Shown piece by piece: positions 11,053 to 23,949 of a DNA stretch of 64,000 nt (within the stretch, counting starts at the first letter, position 1; every line of letters starts with the position of its first letter). A model generated the notes under the pieces. It was given only the letters and a program-made list of their open reading frames with translations, did no database searches and was not told the DNA's origin. This DNA comes from Rhizodiscina lignyota. Lineage: Eukaryota. The stretch spans positions 2,948,453-3,012,452 of the forward strand of contig ML978122.1 of the NCBI GenBank assembly GCA_010015805.1, written 5' to 3'. The translations under genes and the position numbers were made by a program.

Positions 11053-12354
11053 ATGACGCGGAAGCCCGTTGCTCCCCACCAACTCCTCAGCGGCCTTGAC
11101 GACTCTACTTATGAGATCTTAGACTCTCAAGCTCTTGCCAGCGACGACGAAGATGGTCACACCATCAGCCTGACCAGTGGTGAGAATGAGACCGTGTACA
11201 CTACGGATTCTGACGAGGATTCTGACGAGGAGGACTTTGAAGACGAGGAAGATGGTCATCATGTCGACGATAGCGAGATGACTGCTCGCCCGGATAGCCC
11301 CGATGTCGAGATTCACATGTCTCCTTCCATCGCTCACGAGCCGACCGCAGTTGGAGAAGGTGAAGAAGACTGTCAGTCTACACAAGGCGAAGCGAAGAAG
11401 GTGGCGAAGCCTGCAGTGCTGCAGACTATGGAGACCATGGTCGTGGAGCTCTACAAGAAGAGCGAGAAGGTCTACAAGCAAGGCGAGGATCTCTACAAGA
11501 ACGTCAAGCGCTCATGCAAGGAGCGATGGAACGATTGCAAGGAGCGATTCAGCGATCTCGATGAAGACGAGATGTGTATGCTCCTCATGCAGCAGCTGAA
11601 GTGCCTCATCATCGTCTTCGCGTTCACCGCCATGACGTTGTGGGCGCATTGGGCCTTGCGTCACGTCTCAGTCCAAGTCACCTGGAAGCAGCTTACTCTC
11701 CCGGCCCCTCATGAGGTATGTCGGCCTCCACCAGCAGGCGAAGTCCCCTCGACATACGTTTCCCCGCTTCATGAGTGGTTCACGATGACATCTCCCCCTC
11801 CGGAAATCCCCACTGTCGAACCCGGCTGGACCTCAAAAGGTGACCTCTCGGAGATCCCTCAAAAGGCTCTCAAAGCCATGGACCAAAACTTCAAGGACGC
11901 CTACGAGCTCTTGCAGGAGGAGTATCTAGACTTACTCAACCGCCTTGAGTCGATGAGTCAGCGAGTCGACCTTGTGAAGGCACAAAAACATGCCTTGGTC
12001 CTTCAAAGCCAAATCTACAACATACACCAGCGGATTACTCGGGGCGTCATCGGCCGTTTCGGTGCTCTCATCACCCGTTTCGATTCCGCTCTCGCTAAAT
12101 TCGATCCCCTGAAGACTATCGCTCGCGCTTCGCGCAACGCAAAGCTCATTATGGCTAAGATCCAAGCTAAGCAGGAGGAGCGGGCCAAGCTGAAGGAGGA
12201 GTCTTGCAAGGCTGGGAAGGCTAAGAAGAATCTCAAGGAGCAGTTTGAGGACATGAAGAAGTCGATGCATGGCCTCGAGAAGATGAGGAAGTCACTGAAG
12301 GCGGAGCGTGAGGCGGCGAAGGCGACCAAGGCGGCGTTGCGCAAAGGCAGGTAA
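11053..12354 (+). CDS. Uncharacterised single-pass membrane protein with an acidic disordered N-terminus and C-terminal coiled coils
   Basis: 433-aa ORF with strong C/G-ending codon bias; hydrophobic segment LIIVFAFTAMTLWAHWAL; heptad-rich, Lys-rich C-terminus. Confidence 0.75.
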   Translation: MTRKPVAPHQLLSGLDDSTYEILDSQALASDDEDGHTISLTSGENETVYTTDSDEDSDEEDFEDEEDGHHVDDSEMTARPDSPDVEIHMSPSIAHEPTAVGEGEEDCQSTQGEAKKVAKPAVLQTMETMVVELYKKSEKVYKQGEDLYKNVKRSCKERWNDCKERFSDLDEDEMCMLLMQQLKCLIIVFAFTAMTLWAHWALRHVSVQVTWKQLTLPAPHEVCRPPPAGEVPSTYVSPLHEWFTMTSPPPEIPTVEPGWTSKGDLSEIPQKALKAMDQNFKDAYELLQEEYLDLLNRLESMSQRVDLVKAQKHALVLQSQIYNIHQRITRGVIGRFGALITRFDSALAKFDPLKTIARASRNAKLIMAKIQAKQEERAKLKEESCKAGKAKKNLKEQFEDMKKSMHGLEKMRKSLKAEREAAKATKAALRKGR

Positions 12355-12992
12355 ACTCTTCTCCAATTCATTCAGGCATAGGTGTTACTGGCTACAGGGG
12401 ACATACTGGAGTGGGTGAAATGGGAAATGGGTACTGGGATGGATACTGGCTGCCATCGGGAATTATGCAGCATTTCAACTGTGCATCGATGTCGCTCTAC
12501 TCTGATAGCGACAAATGGGATGCCGGCACCACACATAAGTAGCCAGTTCAATGGGTTAAATTGATGCGATATACACCTTTCCCTACACTATTCTCGTGAT
12601 GATCGCCTGAGTGAATTTTATCGATACCTATGAAACACAAGAAATATCTATGTTAACATGAGGCTTATGTTGTAGTGTACAGTCACTACAGTGAAAATAG
12701 ATCGTGTTCATTGAAGCTGCATATACTTTATAAGCATTTGGTACGATATCTCGAATTAGGCTTTCATTACTCTCGTCTAAGCGGGATATCAGATTTCGTG
12801 TTCGCGACATCCTTCCGGCGGCCTCGGGTTAGCTATATTACCACTCTCGAGCCTAATATTCATCGTGCTTATCAAAGTTCAATAACGACTGCTCGGTGAA
12901 CGGTATCACAATCGGATCAACCCCGACGCACCAATCAACTCTGGAAAGGGCAAGGGCGAGGAGAATAAGACTATTGTTATACTCTTAACTGC

Positions 12993-13255
12993 TATTGGTT
13001 AAATTATACCACAGTAAGCTTTTGAAGATGCTCTCATTTGTGTTGAAGAGCAAAACTTGTCTTTGCTACACGCCCTCGATATCTACGTGTGTTAGAGTTC
13101 GCGAACTCGTCACCCTCAGAGCCCCAGTAGCGAGAGTATTTCAAACTTCGTCATAGTAGTAAATACTGGTTAGGGTACACCAGAATGAGCTTCGGCGATG
13201 CCCTAGTCCGAGCCGAAGAGGAAAACTTGTCTATACTATACCCTTTCGATATCTA
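12993..13255. repeat. Degenerate direct repeat with about 170-bp period in intergenic DNA
   Basis: 13045-13085 vs 13215-13255 match at 34/41 positions; similarity extends upstream to 12993 vs 13164. Confidence 0.75.
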
Positions 13256-13690
13256 TTGGTGTCCGCTATGTTGTCACGCTCGAGGCAATGTGAGAGGATG
13301 AACTTGACATCCAACTAGTTGGAGCCCATTATTACACTGTCCTATGATGAACTTTGAAATTCAGAAAATCTATACAGAAACATGTGGATATCAAAATGGT
13401 GTATAGATGCTCCTACCTTTCACTCCTTTAAAGTCACGTTTCAGAATGCGATCTTCAGGGGTGCTGCCCCGCGCTAAAATCGTGCAGCAGCGGTGCCAAG
13501 AACATGGCCACCGCATATTTTATCTGTGCTCTGTGTTCACAGCACAGCTTCTGTTGTCAACATCCACAAGTGGTGCCCAGATCACCACAAACACTTCACG
13601 CACCACCGATCTTGACTATAAAATTCTCTCTCGACCCGCACTCCCTCAACCACCCTTCCTCAACTTTCATCGACCGAGATTACCAACAAC

Positions 13691-14606
13691 ATGGCCGACG
13701 AAACCAAGCCAGACCCTTCTGCCGAGCAGGTCGCTTCCTCTGAGCCCAAGCTTGCTCAAGACGAGACTGAGAAAGTCACCACTGGCGTGACTGGCGGCGA
13801 GGGCGCGAGTGTCGCCTCGAAGGCTGCCGCTGCGGGCACTGCGGTCAAGGACAACGTGTTCAGCATGTTCGGTGGCGGCCCTAAGAAGGAGAAGAAGGCG
13901 GATGACGACGAGGGCAAGGACGAGCCGAGTGGTAGCAGCAAGAAGAAGGAGGGTGGTGAGGTGAGTCCGCACAATATTTCTATTCTTCGCTAGCACATGT
14001 TCGAGGGCCTCTGCCGGCTCTCTGTTTATGTATCGCCCTGTTCTTGCTTAGAACAAGCACGATGACGTAGTGTTGCTTTTGAATAGGACGAGGAACAGCC
14101 TGATGAAGCCGAGCCCGATGTCGAGTTCCAGCCCGTCATCCACTTGACCGAGAAGGTCGAGACCAAGACAAACGAAGAGCTTGAGGAGCAGACCTTCAAG
14201 ATGCGCGCAAAGCTTTTCAAGTTCGACCGCGACAGCCGCGAGTGGAAGGAGCGCGGCACTGGCGACGTGCGCCTGCTCAAACATAAGGAGAACGGCAAGA
14301 CTCGTCTTGTCATGCGCCGTGACAAGACGCTCAAGGTCTGCGCGAATCACTACGTTGTACCGGATATGAAGCTCTCCCCGAACGTGGGCAGCGACCGCAG
14401 CTGGGTTTGGAACGCTGCGGCGGATGTGAGCGAGGGCGAGCCGGAGGCGCAGACTTTGGCGATTCGCTTCGCAAACAGCGACAGTGGGTGATTTAGAGCC
14501 TTTATTCCCGTCCAGACGCTTACTATTTGCAGACGCCAACCAATTCAAGGAGGCCTTCATCAAGGCTCAGCAAGAGAACGAGCAGCTTTTCAAGGCTTCT
14601 GAGTAA
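13691..14606 (+). CDS. YRB1: Ran-binding protein 1 (RanBD); exons 13691-13960, 14087-14483, 14533-14606
   Basis: [64 protein letters not shown]. Confidence 0.95.
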
Positions 14607-15667
14607 ACGAAATGCTCATGAAAGGCTTCCTACCGCTATCCGGACGATCGAGGCCATCTTACACGAAATCAAGTCACATCCCCCAAGCAACTGCGTCAGA
14701 GGACCCAAGCACGTCCGACAGCACCGAGAAGGCACAGTTCATGCTTTGCACGCCCCGTTACACATCACTGCACTCTTCCCATGGCCTCCATCATTGGCCA
14801 TCCAGCACCAATACCCTGTCCAATACCCCCTTCGAAGCAGCACTGAGCACATACCCCCTGCATCCATGGCGGAGACGTTCGTTCATTTTGAACGACTCAC
14901 TCGCAGAGTCGAGAGTCTGAAGCGTTGATGATGCATTGGTTGGTGTCCAAATCAGACATAGATAAAGCCCCCGTTACGTAGACAAAATGGTGAATGAAAA
15001 AAGTCTCTGCTCTACTTCTTCTGCTTGAGTGACTGGATTGTTTCATCTAAAGAGATCTTCTCTACATAGGCCAAGTCAAGCTCGATTTCAATTGCCGTGA
15101 TTGCAGCAAATTGCAATAGCTGATGGTCAGCCCTACAGCCTGTTTGTAATTGTGCATAAGGCCAATGTCGCGTGCCACATTCCGGCTGTAGCATCCCACT
15201 CGCTTCTCTCTTCCACGGCATGGCAGGGTGCACTTCCGTGGTGGCTACTGTACCCTGCATCTTACGTTTGCTGGAGCCTGGATGGTGACAAGAGCCATGC
15301 TTGGTGAAGGCTGAAAGATACAGGACAAATATGCTCTGCCCTTCAACGCGAGTGAATCGTAAGGCTCCTAAATACGACAATACCACTCCTTAGGCAGTAC
15401 AGGAGCATTAAATCCATCCAATCTTCGTGTAAATTCCGCTCAGTGCCCACAAAAGCAGAGGTTAATCGGTGGCAAGGGTTCCAGCCCACTTGTCTTGGCG
15501 CGCCGCTAAAACACCTCTAGCGCGGAGCGCTCCACGCTAAACCTCCGCACCTTCAGAGCAATTCCTCTTCTGTACATTTGTACATCCTTCCATCTAAACC
15601 TGCGCTACCGTCGACGCGTTACTACTCCTCTCATCAGAGCAATCGCAGGCCTTGCGCAACTTTCAAG

Positions 15668-16423
15668 ATGCCAGACATAAAGCGCCAGATCAAGATTGTC
15701 ACCAATCAGAAAGTCCTTCCGTACGTCTTCCGCGCCTGTTCAAAAGCGCGTTGCGCAACACCATATATGCTTTGAATTTGACCTCATCACAGCGATGAAG
15801 ATTCCGGCATGGAAGGGTATCCACAGCGCGGCTGGGATATCTCCGTTGTCCTCCTCAATGCCGCCGGCGAAGAGATTCCCGCGACTGTATTCGAGAAAGC
15901 GACGTACAAGCTCCATCCCTCCTTCGGCGCGCGCGCGACACAAGTGATCAAGTCACCTCCCTTCAAGATTCAAGAGAAGGGATGGGGAGAGTTCGACATG
16001 CAGATCGTGTTGACTGGGATCAACAAGGGCGGCGACCACACCATCGACCACGACCTTAACTTCCAGAGCGAGAAATATGAGGCGAAGCATACCATCACGT
16101 TCAGGAACCCGAAGCCCGAGCTCATGAAGCTGCTGGAGGAGAGCGGACCGCTCGAGAACGGTGTGAAGGGCAAGGCGAATGAGGGAAAGAAGAAGCAGAG
16201 AAAGGACAGGAACGTCGACATGGAAAAACTCGCAGACGGACTGCAGAAGTTGGGCGAGGACGACCTCCTCACCGTCGTACAGATGGTGCATGACAACAAG
16301 AGCTCAGACACCTACACCAAAAATGACGTGGAGAATGGCGAGTTTCACGTGGACCTCTACACACTGCCCGACAGTCTGGTGAAGCAGCTGTGGGACTTCA
16401 CCGCGTCCAGAACGGAGCTCTAG
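15668..16423 (+). CDS. TAF14: YEATS/ET-domain protein Taf14; exons 15668-15720 and 15793-16423
   Basis: MPDIKRQIKIVT, YKLHPSF, PPFKIQEKGWGEFDM, HDLNF, GEFHVDLYTLPD. Confidence 0.93.
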
Positions 16424-18564
16424 TTGTGCCGCAAAAGCGCTAAAGGCGAACATCTGGAACAATTCAAAGTCCTTCATGGAACGGGGGTTTAGGCTCATAC
16501 AAGAGCTCTCACTTCACAGGTAGCTCAAGTCCATCGCGGACAATGAAGGCGGGCGTAATAAGGCCGAGTGATGCCTCCAAGAGCATGGGCAGAATGCATT
16601 TCATGGTGTCTACAGGCGTTGAAAAGGAATTTGGATGGCTTGTATTTTGCTAACATGAGATACCTTCAAAGGTTTGTACGTTACGATACTTCGAGTGCGG
16701 AAATGAATATTCTTGCGGTTACCGAGCTTGCTCACGCACTGCTCTCATTATTGCTCACTACACAAGTACCAGCTATGTTCTGGAATTGCATTTTGAAACG
16801 TACACCACCGTCCAACATGAACTTCATACTGGATCATTTGTGCACTTGACCTTTGAATGGACTCAGTGGGAGTCATACCTGGCACTCTGCAGCTGTTAGA
16901 CTCACAGTCATCCAGCAGCAAGCTTTGGAATGATAGATACCTAACGGCGATGGAGATTTCATACATCTGGACTCTGTTGATCTGACTATTGACGAAGTCA
17001 GATCAACGACCCAGTGTAGAAAAGCATAGAATGAATGGCTATATAAGGCCACTGTTAGGGCATAAATTGTTCTACGACAACCACTCCGCGAGGTGCACTC
17101 AGATGGCAGGCTTTCGCGCTACCGCTTCCTCATTTCAACTTCCAGGCGCTTTGCATCTCCTCGCAGGTGGTACCTCACAAATCAGTGTCATCCGATTGTG
17201 ATGATGGTGATCATGGTAATGATAAGCATCTCGCTATGATGATCGCTGCCAGGCCATCTCGAGCCCGTTACAATCGTACTTTCGTGTAGGTCCTCCAGGC
17301 GGCTAAGGAGCTCGCATGTATCTGTCCAAAATACGATACGGTCATCAATGTAGCCTGGAAAGGGTTAAATATAGATATATTGAGTCGATGTGATAACGGA
17401 ATAGTCGTGAAAAAGGTGTGCTTGCATGAATTAGCCGAGAAGAGTACCTTGATGGCTCATGCTAAATGTTATAAGAGAGGAGACGCTCGTTGCAAAGGCC
17501 AGTGATACGGGAAACTCATAGCTACGGTCCAACAACCAGCTTCATTGCGAAGCCATTGAACAGCTTGAGGATGACGAAATCGTTAGCCTTCCGGCAAGGT
17601 GTAACGCCAAAGGGCGAGAGCTCTTATTCTTCAAGGTTGGTGAGACTGTTTCTGGAAGCTTAGTTCTACGTTCTTCAGAACGTATATGATAATAATGACC
17701 CCGTTAAAAACTTCATAGGAGTAGGTGCCGCTGTCTTGTAAGCTGTGACTGGCCTTCTGGTCACCCACGGAAAGGTCTCAGTGAACATAAATTGAGGACA
17801 CTGATTGGTCAAGGAATCCTGGTCAACCTTTCGAAATTGGGTTAAATCGTCGAATGCTGTTGCAAGGTTCGTGAGAACTCAGATGAGACCTTCATAGTTA
17901 AACCTATCTTCTTCCTAATCATTCTAGGAATTATTCCGTTATGCGGAGTTTGCATAGTAGAGCAAGAGCAAGGGATTTAACGAGAGGAAAGTCCACGACA
18001 TATGGGATGCCGCTGAAAGCCTGAACATGGGAAATCCGATGGAGATGTGCATGACGCTGCCAAGTCTCCGACGTCGTTCTTCAGCAACGACTGCATCCAG
18101 CTGAGCTCGCTCATCACCCACCATGCCTCCAAGAGGAAGGTGTGCCTGCATCGTCCCCACACGTGGGCTGCCCAAAGTGATGTCTTTGGGTCCTGGCAGT
18201 GCAGTCGATTGTCTGACCATCGAACCAGCTTGGATAACGTGGTTCCGGCTCGGCATGCAGAAGAAAAAGTTCTAGCTACAGCTTTGACAGCCTGACAGCC
18301 TGACAGCCATATAGTCGTCATAGCTCCCTCTTCGATCATGGCGCTGTTGCGGATCTCTTCACTTGTTAAGCTTGAATCCAGAGAGCCGGTGTCGGTGGGT
18401 GTTATCACCACCGTTTTCAATACCTTCTGCAGCGCCGCTAGCATCACCGCTTAAGAGTATATATTAGCTTTTCTACCTCTCTCGTAGATTGTTCTCTTCT
18501 TCAATCAACACGATCAGAACACCGTCTAATTCCGCGCTCGACAGCTGGCGCAGAAACCTTCAAG

Positions 18565-20722
18565 ATGCTCTTCTCGGCAGCTGTTGTGCTCTCGTGCGTG
18601 TCGTGCGCTTTTGCGTGCAGCTCGTGTGAGGACGTTTGGAAACGAGATGCGACCGAAGATATTATCTTGACTCGCCATGTCAAGCGCATGCAGCCGGATG
18701 CTCGAAATGCTACTTCTGGTCCTCGTGCTCAACTTGAGTGGGGTCAATTGAACGTCCTGCACACCACAGACACACACGGATGGCTTGAAGGACACATCAA
18801 GGAGACGAACTACGGCGCAGATTGGGGCGATTGGATTTCTTTCGTATCACACATGAAGGACAAGGCCAAGAGCTATGGGGTTGATCTTCTGCTCGTGGAC
18901 ACTGGGGTACGTTGGCGGCGCTACAGATGGAGGAGTTCTGTATCTTGATGTTGACTCGACTTAGGACTTGCACGATGGAGCTGGTCTTAGTGATGCCACT
19001 GACCCGAATGGGCTCATCAGCAACCCTGTATTCGAAAACGTTGACTACGATCTTCTGACCATCGGGAACCACGAGCTCTACGTCTCCGCCATCGCGTACG
19101 AGCACTTCAACCAATTCGCCAAAGTCTATGGCGACAGATATCTAACGAGCAACGTCGAGATTCTCAATCCGAATACCAGCAAGTATGAGATTATCGGAAA
19201 GCAGTATCGCTACTTCACAACTCCGCAAGGCCTCCGAATCATGTCATTTGGCGTGATTTTCGACTTCACTGGCAACTCCAACGCTTCTCGTATTACTCCG
19301 GCTTCGGAAATGGTACAACAGTCGTGGTTCGCTGATGCTGTGAACTTTGACAAGCCAATTGATCTGTACCTGGTTCTCGGGCACAATCCGGTCAGGGTCA
19401 ATGACAGCGCGAGCACAATGGGTACGGTGTATCAAGCAATTCGAAAGTACAAACCGGACGCCCCAATCCAAGTCTTTGGAGGGCACTCTCACATTCGTGA
19501 CTTCCAAGTCTACGACAACAAGGCGACCGCCTTGGAGTCGGGCAGATACTGTGAGACTCTTGGTTGGTTTTCCATGTCTGGCTTCGAATGCTACGGAACA
19601 AAGAATCCCTCTGGCGTCCCAAATCCGAACAGACATGCCGTTGTTGTCTCTCCAAATGCAACAGCATATAATTTGTCTTTATCGAACAGCTCCTCGCCAT
19701 TCACATACTCGAGACGCTACCTCGACTGGAACCGCCTGACTTTCGCTTACCACGCTAATGGCAGCCAAGACAATACGTTCGAGATCCAGCAAGGGACGGC
19801 TGTCACGGCGGAGATTTACAGCGACAGGCTTGAGCTTAATCTGACAAACCTCTATGGCTGCGCACCTCAGACTTGGTGTCTCTTTTGCAAACCGTATGGC
19901 AACCCTGGAAATATCCTTTCGCTCTTGGAGGTGGCTCTAGGTGACACAGTGATCAACTCAACTCGCTCGAGCACTCCGCGATTGGTCTATATCAATTCCG
20001 GTAGCGTACGGTTTGACCTTGTCGAGGGTCCGTTCACCTACGACGATTCATTCATCGTCAGTCCGTTTGACGATCACTTTGTGTACATTGCGGATGTGCC
20101 GTATGATGCTGCAAAGGTTAGTCGCTGCCTGCTTCATTCGAGCATTGGAATACCGGCTTTGCTAACCGCGCAACAGCAAGTCCTTCCTGCCCTCAATGCT
20201 GGAGGTGCGGACAAGCGCAAGCGCTCCCTCTCCTACTCAGATTTCAACTTTAGCCCTTTGACAATGCTCGATGCCCGAGACACTTGCGTTGATCCTCCTC
20301 TCCTTCACGCCAATCCCCTCGGTCCTCGGTCCAACCTCCCATCCAATCGCAGGATTGTGCGTCGCACATCTACGAAATCGTCTGGTTACGTCACATACGA
20401 TGACTTCGGATTCGATGGCGACGACACAGTGCACACTGCCATCCCCGACTATCCACAGCCAGAGTACATTGCTGGAAACGGCTCGTTCCCTACAAACGGC
20501 ACAGCGCCAGACGTGGTGGATGTTATATTCTTGGACTTCATCGAGGACTTTGTGCTCGAAGCTCTGAATAGCGCACAGAGCAGCAATAATTACACGGACG
20601 CAGATGTGAGCTTGTATCTGCCCGAGTCGTTCACAACGAATAGCTATCTGCCGGTCTACGCGAAGAAGTTCTGGCAGAAGAACGTGCCGAACTGCCCAGT
20701 TGGCTGTGGCGTGGGATGTTGA
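18565..20722 (+). CDS. Secreted or vacuolar calcineurin-like metallophosphoesterase / 5'-nucleotidase (YHR202W-like); exons 18565-18906, 18965-20116, 20177-20722
   Basis: Signal peptide; [42 protein letters not shown]; many N-x-S/T sites. Confidence 0.85.
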
Positions 20723-20815
20723 AATGTGCATAGCTTAACAGACGGTAATTGAAATTCATTCACAGTGCGAGATTGGCATAATTCAGCCTCCCGATCCACT
20801 ATTCCTGTTTCCATC

Positions 20816-20875
20816 AAGTTCCAAGCTGTTAAGTTCCAAGCTATTAAGTTCCAAGCTATTAAGTTCTAAGCTGTT
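20816..20875. repeat. 15-bp tandem repeat x4 (AAGTTCYAAGCTRTT)
   Basis: aagttccaagctgtt, aagttccaagctatt x2, aagttctaagctgtt. Confidence 0.9.
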
Positions 20876-22301
20876 TGGTGTGACTCCCACGGACTTCAAA
20901 CGCAGCGGCCCAGATCCGTGTAGCAGGTTCTCGCCCGTGGCCCCCACGCTGTCTTCAGTCCGAAAAGGATTTCCCCAAACTTGGTTCTTGTGTAACGTTC
21001 GGCACGTAGGCGGAGAATGTCCCTCCATAGCGCCCTGCCCTCCGAGATCTCACACTGGCGCAACCCTAACCCTGGATTCCAAAGCACACTTTTCCTCACC
21101 GCGTCGACTGTTGAATATAAGCTCTAAATTCAAATAAAGCATACGGCTATCTATACCGTTATTTGAAAAATGTCCTATGACATGGTCAGACGTCCACTCT
21201 GACGCGGCTGTCTCACAGAGCCCTTTGTGCACGTTGACGGCGGCCATCAAGGCGCCGGCGTCGATCTCCAGAGCGCTGGACCCTTCGGCGAACGGCAGCA
21301 GAGAGCAGGGCATTGCCTGGGCCCTGCTTAAGCATTAGCCTGCTTCTGCTTGCTTCGATGCGTCTTGACGTGCGCCAGACGTGCAGCACTTCCAATTGTT
21401 TCAACGCGCGCGTGCAGGGTCCCGAGTCGCATCATGCGGGCCCTAAAAATTCTCTGCGGAAAAGACACCCGAAAAGCAACCTACGCTCTGTACCATTTCC
21501 CTTGCCCTGCAGAGCAGACAAAGAAGAGAGCAGTGAGCATTCCTCTTCCATACAATCCCCCGAATGTGAGCCTTTGTCCCGGGCCCACGTTCGCAGAGGT
21601 CGCATGACCTCACCTCTCTCCTCAGCCTCAGCCCTACGAAGCACCCCGAATACCCGCTGAAGGGCTCCAAGACAGAGACGTCCGCGCCTCGGCCTTGTTC
21701 GATCAGCGATTCTTGGAACGGTCTTCAAACTCATGTAGGCGAGGTAGGCGGAGAGTCTCCCGCACGGATTTATTCGGAGTAAAGGACGGATGAGAAATAC
21801 AGACATCACGCTATGCTATACATGCCCCTCTCCATCCCACCTTTCCATTACTTTCCCCAATGACTGTTTGCTCTCGCTCGCATTTCATTCGCATTTCCTG
21901 TCTTTGCGCATAAGTAATTGGCGTTTGCTTTGCGATCAATTGGGTCATCTGCCTAATCATCCGTCACTGCCCGCCTACTTTTCTACCCGCGGCTGCCCAC
22001 CATCGACGGGAATTTCTCCACCGACCACATAGCTCCCGCTTCTGAAAATATTTTCAGCTTCACCTCCGCCTGTAGCACTCTTCATACCACGATTGAATAT
22101 CCGGACATCGCAATTGGCGTAGCGTTCGCCAGTGTTGATAGCGCCCCGCCACCAACTCCGGCTTAGCACGCGACACTTCCAGAAAGGGAGCACACGACCT
22201 CACAGGACCTTGGACAGGGCAGTCATTCGACTAGCCTCACTGTTCCAAGGTCGTACTTTCATTCTCCCTCCGCAATCCATCGTCGACCTCCTCCCGCCAC
22301 C

Positions 22302-23949
22302 ATGATTCCTTCGATCCCTCGCCTGAGCGACTACGATGTCTCCGCCTTGCATGGCTTCCTTCCGACCGAACCTCCATTGGAGCTTTTGCCCGACCCCTAT
22401 TTCGCACCATGGGAGACAGTGCTGAGGAATCTGCAGAGCCTGATGCTCACAAAGAGGCTAAGGTCCGTGGTAGATAGACTGCCAGTATTGGAAACAGGCT
22501 TGTTGAGGACAGAGCAGGAGTGGCGGCGGGCATATCTGGTACTGGGATTTGTGGCACATGCCTATATTTGGGGTGGAGATACACCTCTAGAGGTATGTCT
22601 TCATACCATGGTTTATTCATGCGGAGAGGCAGTAATTGACAATGGTTTAACAGAAAGTGCCACCTCCCATCTCAATCCCATTCCTCCAGATCTCACACCA
22701 TCTCGAAGTTCCTCCAGTCGTAACCTATGCATCCACAGTCCTGTGGAACTGGAAACCTCTCTTCCTGCATGAACCGATTGACAATCTTGAGAATCTCGCC
22801 ACACTCTCCACATTTACAGGCTCTCTTGACGAATCATGGTTCTACCTCGTCTCAGTCGCCATAGAGGCACGCGCAGCACCGATCATATCACTGATGCTCG
22901 ACGCTGTCGCAGCAGCGCGATACAACCATTCGGAAATTGTCATCGAAGCGTTACGAACATTCGCTGAGACATTGGACGATCTTGGCGCGTTGCTCACTCG
23001 CATGTATGATAATTGCGACCCTCATGTCTTCTACCACCGTATTCGACCCTTCCTCGCGGGCGGTAAGAATATGGCCGATGCCGGCCTTCCCAATGGCGTC
23101 CTATTCGACGAGGGCCGCGGCGATGAGCAGTACGTCCAATACTCAGGAGGCAGCAACGCCCAGAGCAGCATCATCCAATTCTTCGACATCATCCTCGGCG
23201 TCGAGCACCGACCCACAGGCACCAAACCACACCACCCATCCTACGACTCTTCTGCCTCAGCATCAGACTCCGAATCCTCATTCTCCCCCGTAGCGAACGG
23301 CGCACAAGCGCCACCGAACTCCTTCATCCGCGACATGAGACGATACATGCCCGGCAAGCACGCCCGCTTCCTAGAACACGTCGAGCGCGTGGCCAATATA
23401 CGAGACTATGTCGAGCGCCATCGCGATAACCGCGCCCTCACCACTGCATTTGACGCCTGTCTCGCGATGCTGAGGAGTCTCAGGGACAAGCATATCCAGA
23501 TGGTCAGCAGGTACATCATCGTCAAGAGCCGCGAGAGCAGGAGCCAGACGCGCAGCTTGAGCCCGCGGCACCCGGCGCCCAAGAGGCTGAACCTCGCGAG
23601 CGCGGGTGCTGTCGAAGCGCCGGGCTCGACGTCTGGGTCGGGGTATGAGTCTGCTGGTGGGGCTATCAAAGCTGGTGGCAAGAAGCTTCGCGGCACGGGT
23701 GGTACTGCACTGATTCCGTTCTTGAAGCAGGCGAGAGATGAGACGGGTGAGCCTGCTATAGACGCCTGGGCGAGACGGCTTCTCAACAATGGTCCTGGTG
23801 CTGGCGCTGCGAGAGTGGAAGGTGAGTCGTGGTATGGCGGAGCAAGAATGACGAAGATGGGTGAGCACGCTAGTGGAGAGATTGAGATTGTCGGGCTGGC
23901 GGGGACGTGGAGTGTGGATGATAGCGAGGGCGGGATCTGTCATTGGTGA
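22302..23949 (+). CDS. BNA2: Indoleamine 2,3-dioxygenase; exons 22302-22592 and 22654-23949
   Basis: GFLP, RRAYLVLGF, TFTGSLDESWFYLVS, FYHRIRPFL, YSGGSNAQSS, MRRYMP, RDKHIQMVSRYI, GTGGT-x-LIPFLKQARDET. Confidence 0.93.

Noticed and set aside
13961..14086. Longer-than-usual YRB1 intron as a possible snoRNA host
   Set aside because: No convincing C/D box pair with terminal stem, and no H/ACA structure.
1900..15541. CGCTAAA upstream of JIP5 (1900), YRB1 (13472) and TAF14 (15504, 15535)
   Set aside because: A 7-mer is expected about eight times by chance on two strands of 64 kb, and it also occurs inside coding sequence.
17200..18450. Possible decayed gene or transposon relic between TAF14 and the nucleotidase
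   Set aside because: Some stretches read protein-like, but all frames have many stops and I recognise no family motif or terminal repeat.
20816..20875. Short repeat array considered as CRISPR-like
   Set aside because: Units are contiguous with no spacers, the genome is eukaryotic and there are no cas genes.
21000..22300. Short ORFs in the long region upstream of IDO as regulatory uORFs
   Set aside because: Transcript start unknown and no Trp-rich or otherwise distinctive peptide.
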